From Marsupella aquatica (taxonomy: Eukaryota > Plantae > Marchantiophyta): a stretch of DNA of 64,000 bases. This document shows positions 24,762-38,585 of this stretch, piece by piece; position 1 is the first letter of the stretch; every line of letters begins with the position of its first letter. The notes below the pieces were generated by a model. It ran no database searches, was not told where the DNA came from, and was given only the letters and a program-made list of their open reading frames with translations. The translations under genes were made by a program, and so were the position numbers. The stretch is from contig OZ316893.1 in assembly GCA_973895155.1 (NCBI GenBank), forward strand, positions 17,018,645-17,082,644. Reading direction: 5' to 3'.

Positions 24762-26746
24762 GAATGGGTGTTGACACTCAAACCAGGACATCGAGGAGTA
24801 GCTAGTGCTAAGGAGCACCATGGAGCCGGCTAACAGAGGAATACATGGGAGATGCATTTTTTTGTTCTTAGCTCTATTCACGTTAACAAAAGGATATTTG
24901 GGCTCGTAAAATAAAACCTGAGCCTGATCCAAACCAGTTGGAGACCACGTCATCACATTCCTGGCTGGCCTCGCATTTCATAGAAGGAGTGTGTTTTGGG
25001 AAGTCAATCATACAATGGGGACTCCTTCGTAGGATGTGAGGTTTCATTATCCTGAGGATCCAGGACAGACTGAAAAGCGTTATCCTCCCACATCTTCAAA
25101 TCAAAGACGGCCACCGGTGGTTGCTATCTATATACCAAGTGGCAATCCTCGAATATGCCGAACCAAGCGATCGCTCACAAATCCATACTATTGGCGTTTC
25201 CGCTACACACCTCTCACTTGAGCAGGCCTGCTGCTGGACATAACCACAGGCCAGACTGCGAGTGTGACACGTACAGTCTCAACGTCCCTCGACACAACGG
25301 TTGCTGTTGTTCATACCAGCTTGCAAGACTGATCATTGAGGCAGAATCGACTCCGCAAGTGTCACATTGGTTTCTAGGAGGGCGCAAACACGCTTCTCAC
25401 CTTGGTGCTGGATCTGCATTAGACTATTCTCTGTGAGGACTAAAATCCATTGCCTCCTCTTCTCATGGACATTCTCCCTCATCCCATAAACATCTTCTTA
25501 AGATGGGATTGTGTATTGGCACCCAAATCTTTCAGCTTCTGTGCGTTTTGTTCATGCTTCGCCGTTCCCGAGTGAATTCTTGTGTGGGGCTTGTTCTGCA
25601 TAGAACTAGCTACAGCATTACTCAGTTGAGCTTATTATATGGTTTCAATTCACTCCAGTCTTCTCGGCCGGTTGGACGGTCAATGCAGTGACATTTTGTT
25701 CTCAATCAAGGTTTCCATATCCTTGATATCTTTGTAGCGTGTTTGCTCGCTCCCAGATATGAAGTATGATGACGTGACGATTGTCCGCCGATCATTGTAA
25801 CTGTGGATAATGCATGTGGTAGCTGCCATTCCATAGCTGACTCTTGTCATCGAATGCCGAATACTTTCTCTTTCAAGGGTTCGGGAAAGTGGCTTGCACA
25901 GTCCACAGCTACAGTTTTCAGCTTTGCATTAAAACTTGTAGTGTGGGTAGTTCAAGATTGTAATTAGGTGAGAAACTGGTTTGTTTATCTTTTTCTTTCC
26001 ATCCCTGCAATGCTTCCAATCCTCACCCGTGGCTATGTTTTGGGATGTGAAACGCTGTATATGCGCTATCTCCTTGAATCCGAATTTTCTGGACAGAAGA
26101 GAGCAAACTTGCAATATTAACATTCATTGCTCTCGTCGGACACTCCGTACTCATATCTTAGAAGCTTTCCGCCGATTTTTGAATTTGACTTAAAGTCACC
26201 ACAGAGATCATGGCTGGACTCTTCATCATATTTCTGGTTAGGGTTTCTGTTGTCCCTCGTACCCACGGCAATGACAAAGTTACTGCTGATTCTCCCCTGC
26301 AGCAGTATAGAGAACAATCATCACGTGTAGTGGTACATCATGAGGCTAGGCACAGCCTAGAGGTACAGTAGCTGGTGATATTTTCTTGTGAGATCTGGTT
26401 CCCTTTCATGATACCCTTGCAAAGTAGTAAGCATCCTTGCGCAAAGCACAGCCTCTTCTATAGCCTATGCGTCACCCTGCCTAACGTAGATTTGTATTGC
26501 CAATGGCTAACCTGTACTGCTGTTCTTATGTTCTTTGGGGTGGACATATATAAGCTAGTTATGACCTTGTTAATGTAAGTGTGCTTTCCTAAATGAGACG
26601 TAGTATTTTTTCTTTCTGTTTGAGATCCCTCCTTCTTCCCTTCCTCTCCCCACGATCGAATAATTATTATCTGCCTCGGACCTCATTCTACAAACTGACT
26701 ACCTCGTGTTTATTTAACCTGTGCTGTAATAACCCAGGAGGAAGCA

Positions 26747-27830
26747 ATGATGCAAGCGATGCAAGTCTCGTCTCCGCCAGCGGGGAGCAATTTCATGTCG
26801 TGGCCTGTGATTCAAAGTGACAGGAGGTCTTCTTGCAGACAGTCATTGATCAGTACACCATATTCACTGACAGTTTGTCAACTCGACAACAGCAAGTCCA
26901 CTGTTTCATCGTCTGAATCATCTCGAAGGTAGACGAGTCTTTCGTTGGTCTGCCGGTGGTTGCTTAATGCCATTAATAAGAGTGACGTTAGCCTATAAAC
27001 CTGGGAGCCTTTTCGACGTGGTCAACTTTTAAAATTTGCCGTTGCAAAATCTCTCAGCCCCCTTCTGCTGTTGGGATCTATTCTATTTCATTTCTGAGGG
27101 CTCGTCATTCTGATTGACTCTCTGTAGCGTCTGATGGTAACCAAAGCCACGCTTGAGCATACCTCGTGGAGCTGCAGACATAATTTGAATTGGACCCAGA
27201 TTTCTAGTTCGCACAGCTACTGGGGATGGGATTTAATTTTTATTTTGTTCGCTGCCGGGAGGTGCATTCATGTTGTGGTTGTCATGTTTGAACACTGAAA
27301 GGTTTATACTGTAACGAAAACTGGTTGTGGGAACTTCTGCCTCTGCATACAAATTCGAATGAACGATTTGGAGTTTTGTCTAGTTCCTTACCATGATTCC
27401 TGTGGTCACAAATCAAAGGCTAGCTTGAATTGCCATGTCAGTCACTTTGACCTGTCTAGGTATCATCATCGAATGCAGGACATGATTCGTCTTTGAAGAG
27501 CAGTGATTTCTGTGCAGGAGCTTGATGATTGGAACAATGGTATCACTTACGGGAGCTACAGCTACAGGCCTAATCACCCAGCCGGACTCTGTTCAGGCAG
27601 CAAAGAGGAAACCACCTCCTCCTCCTGAGGAAAAGGCGCCCGAGGATGAAAAGTACTTAAGTGCTTATGATGCCAAGGTGCTGGCCAATATACGGAGGAA
27701 AGATGCATTGAAGGCACAACTAGAAACACAGAAAGCAAAGGCGAAAACAGTCCGACAGCCTGAACAGCCTCCACTGGACATTTTCGGCCAAGCTCCTGCA
27801 TCAGAATCTGAGACGAGCCAGTTAGAGTAA
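26747..27830 (+). CDS. Small nucleus-encoded chloroplast thylakoid (Tat-pathway) protein, about 164 aa, 2 exons
   Basis: Exons 26747-26928 and 27518-27830 with a GT-AG intron. Ser-rich transit peptide, twin-Arg SRRSLMIG, hydrophobic stretch, VQA cleavage site, then AKRKPPPPPEEK...AKVLANIRRKDALK. Confidence 0.75.
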
Positions 27831-29016
27831 CTTTGCGAATTTTTTGTAAGAAAAGAAACATGTGTTGCAAGGAGAGTAACCTTCTACTTAGAAATCTACT
27901 TTTGGACAGACTTCATTTCTGTCCGTGGATAGTTGTCGATCTTATTTGCCCTTAAGGTATGCGTATGTGCAAAATCTAATAGCCGCCGTTTGTTTGTCCT
28001 GCCCAACCATCTTCAGTTTTTTCACCATCTTCATTTTTTTCAGGATGCTCCCACTCGCGTTAATTTTGTTATTGAAGGATTTTTCAACGAAATTTTGCGT
28101 AAACTAGACGTAGCTTCTGGTTTCGCAGGTCATGAAGTAGGTGGTAAAGGAGGAGGCGCATTTGTTCCCTTCACTGAATTTAAATTATTTGTGTTTCGTT
28201 ACTTCGACTTGACTTCCTGTTCATTGAAATACCATTATTGGTCCATATCTGTTTGACCGCTTAGGGTTTCAAGCGCTTATTTTCTTACGCTAAAACGAGG
28301 CCATATTCTAGTGTGTTTTCCCTTTTGGGGATTCAAGGAGCTTTGTGATTCTATGTTCTCTCATAAGTAGATTGTGAAAAGTTTCATGACATATAAAGAA
28401 GGCTTAAGTTAGTGAAATTTATTACATATACAGAGCGCCGGTTGAGGAAACAAATGTTTTGCTTTGATAATCCTGGTATCACCAGCGTGGATAGCTACCC
28501 GAAAAGCTGCGATGTACTATGAACCCTTGTGGGAGAGGTTTAATCGAGGCCTGGAAACCTAGTGAACGGGTAACCGCCTAACCATTGGTGGAGTCGTTCT
28601 CGTACCTCTTATACATCAAACACGACTACATGAGCTACAGTGTGGTGGAATCTGGATATACGTATTCCCTTAGCCCGAAGTAAATCCAACTCGTAGCAAA
28701 CAAATCCAGTAGAGTGAAATCTGGTAGCGACACTTTTCCTCCTGTCCGCTCTAAAATTGCTAGCCCATGATCAATCTAGGTGCTAACCTTTGACAAATGG
28801 TCGAGCATGAGATGGATACAGCCAACATTTTAGACATGATACATGGGTTTAGGGTTTAGGGCCGAGAAGTGTCATCTTACCGAGAAGCTTCAATTCATTA
28901 TCACAAATAGTTTAATCATCAGGGATCACTCAACCCACTGGACTGCCCCGGAATATGAAGAGGCCTAATCAAGTATTGAAATTCTCGCTAAGGTACTTGG
29001 AGAGATACCACTCGTA

Positions 29017-32000
29017 TCACCAATAGTCCCTGCAGGAACACAATCCGTTTTCAAAATGATGGAAGCGATTGGCATCTCTTACAATGATAGATCGTCCAAC
29101 TAACTTTCCAATGAACTTTGTGGCAGTGTGACAGTCTCCACACACTCTCAAGTTCTTGAAAATGCGGATTGGAGTGTTGGGTGGCGTACTAATGAGCCCA
29201 AATGCTATAGCCAGTTTCTCACTGTGGTGAGACAACTGAAGTATCTTTTCTTCCTTACTTACATTGCGCAGTACAAAACTGACATCTGGAACATAGCCTG
29301 CCTCCTCCATCTTTCCACTTAATCTCTGTAGTTCAGCAGTGATCTCCTTTATTTGAGGATGTCCTTGGTCGTCCACAGTAAATGAATGCATTTGGTTGTT
29401 AACCTCTATCCAAGTACAGCCAGGCTGCTTCTTCAAACCCCTTGCGGACCTCTGGAGTTGTATATTTGCACTGCTTCCCCACTTGCCAGCAGCAGCGTAT
29501 ATATTTGACAAAAGTACATAACATGCATCATTCCCTGTGTCAGATTCCAAAACTATTTTAGCGATTCGCTCTCCCATTTCTACATTACTATGAATTCTGC
29601 ACGCCCCAAGGAGGGGCATCCATACTGTAGTATTTGGTTCGAGTCTGGCCTCGATGACATCCTCTGCCTCATGCAGACGGCCAGCACGGCCAAGAAGATC
29701 AACCAGACAGGTATGGTGCTCTGCAGTGGGACAAATATTGCACACTGACGTCATGTATTCCAAGCAGTGCAAGCCTTCGTCAACCAGCCCAGCATGGCTA
29801 CAAGCTGACAGAAGAGAGACGAAAGTGACCCTATCCATCGCCACACCTTCTTGGCTCATTTGTTCGAAAAGTTCGAGAGCAGCGTATGCATCACCATGCA
29901 TGGCGTATCCTCCAAGCATCACGTTCCAAGAGACCACATCACGTATGGACATCTTGTTGAAAATTCTTTGTGCATCCTCTAGGCTCCCACACTTGGCATA
30001 CATGTCCACAAGGCTATTGGCTACAAAAGCATCGGACTCCCACCCACTTTGGATGATCTGATCGTGAACGCGTCTGCCTTCTTCAAGAGCTGAAACACTT
30101 GCACATGCATTAAGGATTCCCACAAAGGTGTAAGGATTTGGTTCCACCCCTACCAGTTGCATCTGCCGAGAAAGGTCTAATGCCTTCAGCCCTTGCCCAC
30201 ATCGCACATATCCCAAAATCAGGGCACTCCAAGCAACCACGCTGGGTTTAGGAATCTTGTTGAACACTCTCCATGCGTCTTCTATGCTGCCACATTTGAC
30301 ATACATGTCAATGAGGCAACTACCAACAAATGCATCAGACTCATAACCTCTTTGAATTATCTGTTCATGTACACGTCTGCCTTCTTTGAGCGCATATTCA
30401 CTTGAACATGCATTAAGCATTCCCACAAAGGTAATTGGGTTCGGTTCCACTCCCTCCACCATCATTTGTCGAGATAGTTCTAGTGCTTCCTGCTGCCGTC
30501 CACATTTGACATACCCGGCGATCATCATACTCCAAGCAACGACATTGCGCTTAGACATCCTGTTAAATATGTTGCGAGCATCATCTATGCTCCCACATTT
30601 TGCATACATGCCAATGAGGCTGTTACCCACAAACAGATCTGCCTCATAACCTCTTTGAATAATCTGCTCATGAATTTTCCTGCCTACTTCAAGTTCTGCT
30701 GTGCTAGTGCATGCATTGACAACCCCCGCAAAGCAAATAGGGTCTGGGTTCACACCATTCTCCTGCATTTGTCTATATAGCTCCAATGCCCTCTGTCCTT
30801 GCCCATACTTCACATATCCCAGTATAATAGAACTCCAAGAAACCACATCACGTTTCGGCATTTTGTTGAACACTTTCCAAGCATCCTCTGGGCTTCCACA
30901 CTTGGTATACATGTCAACAAGGCTGCTACCCATGATTGCATCAGATTCCCAACACCTTTTGATGATCTCTGCATGAGCTGATCTCCCTTCTTCAAGTGCT
31001 GTAACACTAGCACATGCATTAAGGACTCTTACAAAGGTATGAAAATTTGGATCAATCCCTTCACGCTGCATCTTATAGTACAATTCCAATACCTTCTGGC
31101 CCTGCCCACACCGTGCATAACCCTGAAGCAAGGCACTCCAAGCAGGCATGTTGCGTGTTCCTATCTTGTTGAACACTCTCTCTGCTTCACTCATGCTCCC
31201 ACACTTGGCATACATATCGATGAGGCTATGACCGACAAACCCATTCATCTCGTAACCTCTTTGAAGAATTTGCTCGTGTACATGTCTGCCTTCTTCAAGT
31301 GCCGGTATAATGGCACAGGCATTGAGAACCCCAACAAAGGTGAAAGCGTTTGGTTCTATCCCTTCTTGTTGCATTTTTTGGTAAAGTTGTAATGCCTTCA
31401 GCCCCTGTCCACATCTCACATGTCCTAAAATCATGGTGCTCCAGGCTACCACACTGCATTTTGGGATCTTGTTAAAAACAATACAAGCGTCCTCTATGCT
31501 CCCACATTTGACATACATATCAACGAGAGAACTTCCCACAAAGACATGGGACTCAAACCCTTTTTGGATGATCATTTTATGAACACGCTTGCCTTCTTCT
31601 AGAGCCATTTCGCTGGCACATGCATTCAGCATCCCGACAAATGCTACAGAGTTTGGTTCCACCCCTTCCCGCTGCATTTGCCGAGAGAGTTTTAATGCTT
31701 CGCTTCCTCGCCCACATTTCACAAATCCCAGAATCATAGCATTCCACGCAACCACATTTTTGGTGGACATATTGTTGAAAACTCTGCTAGCATCCTCAAT
31801 GCTCCCACATTTGGCATACATATCAACAAGACTCGTACCGATATATACATTCAAGTCACAGGAACTGTTTCGAATATGTGCATGAATGCGTCTACCCTCT
31901 TCGAGAGCTCCTAAACTAGCACATGCATTCAGGACTGGAAGGAAAGTGAACTTGTCAGGATACAAGCCCTCTTGTTGCATTTGCTGAAAAAGTTTCAGTA

Positions 32001-32744
32001 CTTCTTCGTATTTCCTTGCCTTGGCATTTCTTGCAAGCTTTTGATTCCATGTGATAACGCTTGATTGAACTGGCACTGGTCTTATTGCAGACAGCTTGAC
32101 CTTCACCCATGGGGGCCTCAATTTGCTGTCTATCCAAAGCGACGCAGATGACTTCTTATGCTTGAAATCTGGATTCCTTGCACTCACCTACGAAAAGAAC
32201 TCCAATTCAGAAATGCTGTCAATTCTTTCAAAGCCCACAAAATAGAAATACGTGCCAGTGTCTTATAATTCAAACGGGTTGGCTTTTCCCAGAAGTCCCG
32301 CGATTTAGAATTTACCTTCTCCGGCCTGTGATCCCACCACTGAGAAGGGTTCTCGAAGAAACTTTTCCATAGTTTTTCCACTATCTCCTTCTGGCCCGAA
32401 ACATTTCCAGAGGAAACTAAAATCCCCGATAAATGAATTGAACTCTTGCCCGCTGACGATCTACCTCTCCGGCCAGAAATAACTGGCGACCTGGATGTTT
32501 TTGTATTTACAACACTGGAAAAGCCACTAACTCCACGCCACGATCCCGCCGAATAATTACGCACAGGAGATACAACACCCTCGGCTTCTGAACGCCCCAC
32601 AATTTCAACACTGATCCAAAATGTCCATTTATTCTCGTTCTCACGGACGAACGTGCGCAAGGCTTGGCCAAAGATTGACTGAAGTGACCAGTGACTGGCT
32701 CTACACAGTGAGCCTCTACAAGCACCTGGCCACCAAAGCGGCAT
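29017..32744 (-). CDS. PLS-class PPR protein with E-DYW deaminase and an N-terminal OSB-type PDF motif, about 1199 aa, 2 exons
   Basis: Exons 32744-32316 and 32187-29017 (intron GTAAAT...TAG). About 8 P-L-S triplets, PG box PGCTWIEV, HSEKLA, CGDCH, C-terminal CSCRDYW. The splice creates LWKSFFENPSQWWDHRPEK|VSARNPDFKHKK..LWIDSKLRPPWV. R/S-rich N-terminus resembles a targeting peptide. Confidence 0.92.
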
Positions 32745-33221
32745 TTGGTGCGGTTGTCAGAAAACTCCATAGTTCCCCATTTGTTCCAGCTTTCTCAAGT
32801 TCACGGTGAGCCTATGCTGAGAAGCGGCTTGTTGCCCAACTCGGACTGTACTCCAACAGCTTTATCTATCAGAATCGTAGCAAATACCCCAAGCGCAAAG
32901 GAATACCTTCATTTGCCAATCTCACTGCGCAATCTCAATACTGGAATACAGCAAACACCACGGTCATCAAAGCTCCTCCTCTGTAATCCTAAACTCAGAC
33001 CTGTCCTCCACACTAAGAAATTGCCCAATGTTGCTTCCTGGAGTTTCTGAACAAGCACCTTCGACCTCAACTCTGCGACAACCGGAGACTCTTTCATTTT
33101 TCCTCTTCTTTGTCCTCTCTCGCCAAGTCTCCTCCCTCCCATTTGAGGTCAGGTTGTCATGCTCTCTTTGTGAAATATAAATCCAAGTGAAGAGCGTAGT
33201 CTAATCCTCCTTCGCAGAGGA

Positions 33222-33285
33222 GTAAATGTAGCTCAAGCGCTTCTCTGGATGCGAGAGGTGCGGGGATCGACATCCCGTATCTTCA
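33222..33285 (+). pseudogene. tRNA-Ala-derived pseudogene or SINE head
   Basis: atgtagctca-agcgc..atgcgagaggtgcggggatcgacatcccgtatcttca follows plant tRNA-Ala, but most of the D arm is deleted and the anticodon arm is altered. Confidence 0.6.
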
Positions 33286-33428
33286 CTCCCTCGGAAAACT
33301 AACACGATCATTCCGTGTGGATCCATGTAACATCTCTTGAATGTGAAAGCAAGTCAAATCTTATGTCCAATCTTACTCATTTGAGGTTTTCACAACTTGC
33401 TAGCCATATGGAGTATTAGAAATTCACT

Positions 33429-33836
33429 AGAATAGGATAATGTCCTGGTTAGAGGGCATTATGAGATATAATGCCCTCAAAAACGAGGGCGGGAGCCCAA
33501 GTTTTGAGGGCAATATGCTCATAATGCCAGTAACTAGGACATTAATGTGCCTAAACACTTGAGTGATTTTTTGGTAACAAACAAGAAAAGGTGAATCTAT
33601 GAATAGAAAATACAAGCCAAAGGGCCTGCAATTGGTCAAAGGCATGAAAGAAGTTAAAAACAAATCTTGTTATTTTGATACAAGTTATTATGTTATTTTA
33701 TTTGGTAACACTATATATGGGTTTTACCTTTCCTATTTTTGTCATACTTCACATAATGCCCTCCTCAAAAGAAGGGAGACTATATGGAAAATTAATGCAC
33801 TCAAAAATACAAAGAGAAAAATCAAGAAAATCTTTA
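33429..33836. mobile_element. AT-rich DNA-transposon-like terminal sequence, inverted homolog of 23710-24110
   Basis: Reverse-complement similarity to 23710-24110. Confidence 0.6.
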
Positions 33837-34799
33837 CAACTACAAAAGTGAGCAAAACTAGAAAAAAAACATTAATACCAAATTGACTTGCCAACAATAA
33901 CATGACTCCAGGTTATCAATAATTCATGTTTGCTTGTATCATACAATACTTCTCCTATGGCATGAGCCTGATGTCCATCTAATAAATCCGTCCATGCTGA
34001 AAGGATTTGAGACACCTTCCACTTGAAAATTGTGGGATTCCATACCATTTTGAATTTTTGATGTATAGCATAGTCATGGTCGAGGAGCAGCATCACGGGC
34101 CAAAAAGCAGCCTAAATGTGCCTTGTTTTGGAGGTTGGAGTTGCTTGAAGATTGACGGTTGCAAGTGGCAGTCAACATTAGGTCAAGAGATTTGTTTCAT
34201 TCTTGTGAGTAAAAACAAGGGCAAAAGAAGACATGTTGGGTTGTCTTTTTGGCCCACTACACTGCTCCTTGACTATATACTTTTGGCCAGCAGCAAGTGG
34301 GGAAGGGGGAGAGTGGCGGAATATTCAAGTTCCATCCTCACTTCCATTCACTAACTAAATTTTACTAGTGAACATAGTAATACCACATCTAACCTTAACC
34401 AAGTATCTGACTATAGAGGAATTAAATTAATTATATAGTAATTCTAGGCCTGACAGTAAATGTCTAATTTTTATTCTTTGACAATGATATATGTACTATC
34501 AATTTTTTCTTTTTCTTCTTACCCTTGAAATTGGAAGTTGACCCATCCAACAGACAGATGTCAACTCCGAAGCATTCACCTCTGTAGGGTAGCCCACAAG
34601 GGGATCATAACCAGGGATCCGACATGAACCCAAACAAGGGGCAGAGAGGGTTGAACCAGGTCCCCAAAGCAGACCAGCCAGGGGCTGAGGAGAAACCAGG
34701 ACTCAGACCACTACACCCCCCCCCCCCACACACACACCAACCCTTGCATGTGGAGGGGGGATTGAACCTGGGTCGACCTCTCAGGTCTAGGCTAATCCC

Positions 34800-35140
34800 T
34801 GTTAGGATTTACTCTTAGGTCTAGAGTTACGACTGTACTGTAGTTAATGCTAACCTTAGTCGCAGACTTGGTTAGGTTAGTCATGTTGTGCACACTCCAT
34901 AACCAAGCGATGTTTGCTTGGAGAGTGGGAACTCAGGCTCATTGTTATGGAGCTAGTTGAGAGATAGGGAGAGCTTGCGCTGTGGATGCTTGGTATGGCC
35001 GGTCGGCCTAGAGTGCAGTAAAGCTCATGTGTGTTCCCGTGGACGTAGCCTCATGTGGAGGTGAACCATGTATCTCTCTATGTCGACTCTTGTGCGTTGG
35101 ATGGTTTGTGGGCTTGCCGTTGCGATTGTCGTCTATGCTC
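34800..35140 (+). mobile_element. Older diverged solo LTR of the same Copia family, opposite orientation
   Basis: tgttaggatttactctta...gtgttcccgtggacgtagcctca...ggcttgccgttgcgattgtcgtctatgctc is the reverse complement of LTR 40978-41344. The 18-bp array is not recognisable and the last 4 bp are missing. Confidence 0.85.
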
Positions 35141-35739
35141 GGGGGTCTCACTATATGGAGGACCCCCCATCATCTGCGATGTTTTCAAGCCTAGACCCCC
35201 ATACTTATTAAGTTGAATTTTTTCCTCCCTCTTTCTTTCTTCTAAGAGTCTAAAATCCAAATTGTATTGCCCCTATAATTTGTGAAGTAAAGTGTCATAT
35301 ATCAATAAAAAATGCCTTGAAAGAAAAGATAAGTCTATGTCAATACCTTGTGAAGTTGTATGTCAGACATGGCACGCCCTACAACAGTTCTTGCACCTTT
35401 TTCGACCTTAAACTTTGATCATTTCAATGCATCATTTATATTGTGTACCTAAAGGTCATCCCAATATAAACCTTATGTACATAAGTGGGATGGCCTTTAA
35501 GGTCACAACATGAATAATCCATTTCCACCCATTGATCACCAATCCCATGCTCCATCCATACTCCATTGAAAACTTCTCTTGAGAGATGTAACATGTGACG
35601 GAGGGGAATTGAACCCCTAATTGAGAAAGGATCTCAAGTTGCCAATCTGTCACCCCCTATCCTTTCCCACTACACCCACTAATATTAACAAAACAAAATA
35701 TATATACAGACTCTCAAAAAGTAAACAGTAGCATGACAT

Positions 35740-37167
35740 TCATACCATTGTTTGAAGATACTGATCCAATGCACGTCTATCTATTGGATCCAACACATAG
35801 ATACGATCCATAACCCCTTCTTTCATGGTTAAGCTAACACTAACAATGACCATTTCAATATCCATCCATTTCAAATCAGTGGTATCATATCTGAATTCAC
35901 TTTTGCTCTTACCAATAGGACTATACCAATTTAACAACAGTTCACAAATGCTACCTGATTGCCCTGCGAGTGGAGTTGGCCTATCCATCAAATCAATTGG
36001 TGACCGACAATTGCCCCACCTACTACCATACTTCTGTCTCATTTGGACAATCCGACCCAACCAAAAATATTTCTTACCTGCTGAGATTGTCTCCACCACA
36101 GCCTTATTCTTTCCTCCCTTTCTTTTTCCAGATCTAGTACTTGGAGCAGGATTATCATCAGACTCAAATGCAATTGCACAATCAGTGCCAACATCAACAA
36201 AACATGAGTTAGGACTGGCTTCTTGCACTTTTCTCTTGCCAGTACTATAGTATAGCACTTGTTTCACCCTTGTCAGCCTATCTTTTGACAAATGTGGATT
36301 GCCTACCAGCTGGCTTACCAGAGTGGATTTGTAAATCACCTTGCCTTCATAAGTAGCAGTAGGCACTACCTTGGTACGATTATGCACATTAGTTACAGCA
36401 TGGACAACTGATCCGAACACATGCCGAACTTCATGACCTAATGTCTCAAGCTCATCTGAGGGGTCTACATCAAACTGTATATCATCTCTGTGTACATCAT
36501 CTGAATGCATCTCAGGAACAACAATGGGATCTGCTTTTGTTAACCATGCATCTATTCTATTCAAATCATCCTCAGGATCTTCCAATTCATGAAAATCTCC
36601 AATTGGGCAAGGACTTATGTCTGGTGGTTGGTGCTCTACTTGCTCCTTAGAATCATTGCAAACAATTGCTTCCTTCAGAACCACCTCTAGTGGCCAGGTC
36701 TCACTTTCCACAACCCAAGGACATGTCCACCATCTCTTTCTAGCTGCTGGTAAGGAACTTTGTGGAGACATCTGCAATTGATGCATAAGATCCTTAGCAG
36801 CAACAAAACCTTCTTGAAGGGCTGCAACCACTAATTCATTAGTCTCAATGAGAGAATAGTCAAGTAGATTTGGTGCTTCCTCCCCTTCCCCTATAGGATG
36901 AATCTTCCCCCATACATGATCTTGTTTCTTATGTGAACGACCTATCTTCAAGCCTGGTCCATATTCCAGGGCAGCAAGCCGGTTCAGTCCAACAGCACTA
37001 TCCAACAGAGAGCCAAAATCATAATTTCGCTCATGGCCACTCATGCCTCCTACCTTGCTGAAGAAAATCTCACAACAATCCGAACCTAGCAAGTGGAAGG
37101 GAACATCTAGATGTGGGAACTTATCTCGAAAGGCACAAATTAACAGCACAATGAAATGACATGATAG
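35740..37167 (-). pseudogene. C-terminal half of a putative DDE transposase (P-element-like), truncated by the next insertion
   Basis: 469-aa open frame LSCHFIVLLICAFRD...LGSDCCEIFFSKVGG, recalling the P/THAP9 QDxLExFF catalytic-Glu motif, plus YKSTLVSQL..SKDRLTRV. Coding-like sequence ends abruptly near 37167. Confidence 0.5.
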
Positions 37168-38449
37168 GGGTATTTACAAAAGACAGGAACCAGGAAATAG
37201 TAACAAGAAATAGATACTGTTACCAGGAGAATTGGAGGTAAAAACCAAAAAAATCAGACCAAAAAAAGGATTCCAAACAATCAAAATTAAAGCCCATTTG
37301 AGTCATTTTCATTAAAACAGTCTCATTCCAGAGGAAATATCCCGTCGGGTAGTCCGACCCAAATTTGCGATGATTACCGGGCGCTGGTATCAATGAAGCG
37401 AATGGAAAGCTGGTAGGGTTTCATAGAAGAAGGAAAATTAAACAAAAATCTACGTAACCTCAATCGAGAAGACAATGAGCGGCTGAAAACGAGGCAATTC
37501 AAATCAAAAGAGGCAGGGTCAGACAAATCCGGATCTCATTGCTAGTTTAAACCTCAAAATCACGAAATCCATGTTTAACGCCATCGAGAGGAAAACCATA
37601 CATTGGAGATTGAGCCGATCACAAATTCATTTACTTCAAAAATGGGCAAAAAAATATCACCGAGATTACATGGGCAACGGAAAGCAATGAGTATAAGTAG
37701 CACCCGGCGCTAGCTTAAAACTACAAATCCCGCCCTTCCATGTGTAACGCCATGGAGAGGAAAATGGGTCGATCCGAAAAGCATTTCCTATCAAAATGGG
37801 CGAAAACATATTACCCAAATTACCAAATCCTAACAAAACATTCAGTACTGAAAAACGGATATAGAAAGCATCCAGCTTTAGCAACGCTCGGCGCTAGCTT
37901 AAATATAGCTGCCTAGGAACCTAATCGACATAGGGTTGAACTCCAAAATAACCTAAGCAACTGCGATTGGAACACCTTTAGCTCTGTGATTGACAGTCAT
38001 CATCGACTCCCGCCCTCGCCCACTTGTAGTTTTTCTTGAATCCTAAACCCCTGAGCCGAATATAATTGGAAGAGGGAACTCGATGCTCAACATGAGCTTG
38101 GCCAGGGCCCGCAAAATTTGCATCAAGGAAGTCGACGCGCCCCAATCGCTCTTGCACACGACGTTCAATGGGCTGCTGACCATCAGCAGGAACGACTTGA
38201 TGAAACGAGAATTCGCGTGGAGTCTGTTGGTCACCAATCCAAGAATATTTCTCTCCCCAGGACTAATCGCCTCATCGTAAGGAAGAGAATTACGGTTCCA
38301 AAAAGTTGATGTCTCGGTCTCAGTGTCGACACAAACTGATTCGAAGGAGCTGAAGTGGCTCTCCACCGGTCGAACTCGGGAAGGACTGAAGAAGGCAAGC
38401 ATCTCCTCCAACGACATTGGTTCCCTCCTCTCCATGTGGTCGCACCCAG

Positions 38450-38585
38450 CTCGACAATGTCCACATGCAGGTCGACAACGTCCGCACCTTAACGTCCGCA
38501 CCCAGCTCGACAACGTTCGCACCTTGCCCTAAAGTCCGCAACCAGATCGACAATGTCCGCACATTTATCGACAACGTCCGCACCT
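38450..38585. repeat. Imperfect tandem array of tcgacaa(c/t)gtccgcac, about 6-7 copies
   Basis: Copies start near 38451, 38472, 38490, 38507, 38547 and 38568. Confidence 0.75.

Noticed and set aside
28845-28861. Telomeric repeat gggtttagggtttaggg
   Set aside because: Only about 2.5 units; such telo-box-like sequences are common in plant DNA.
29128-32137. Plus-strand ORFs overlapping the PPR gene
   Set aside because: Antisense shadows of the repetitive PPR coding sequence.
33222-33285. Functional tRNA gene
   Set aside because: The D arm is largely deleted and the anticodon arm altered, so it is listed as a pseudogene.
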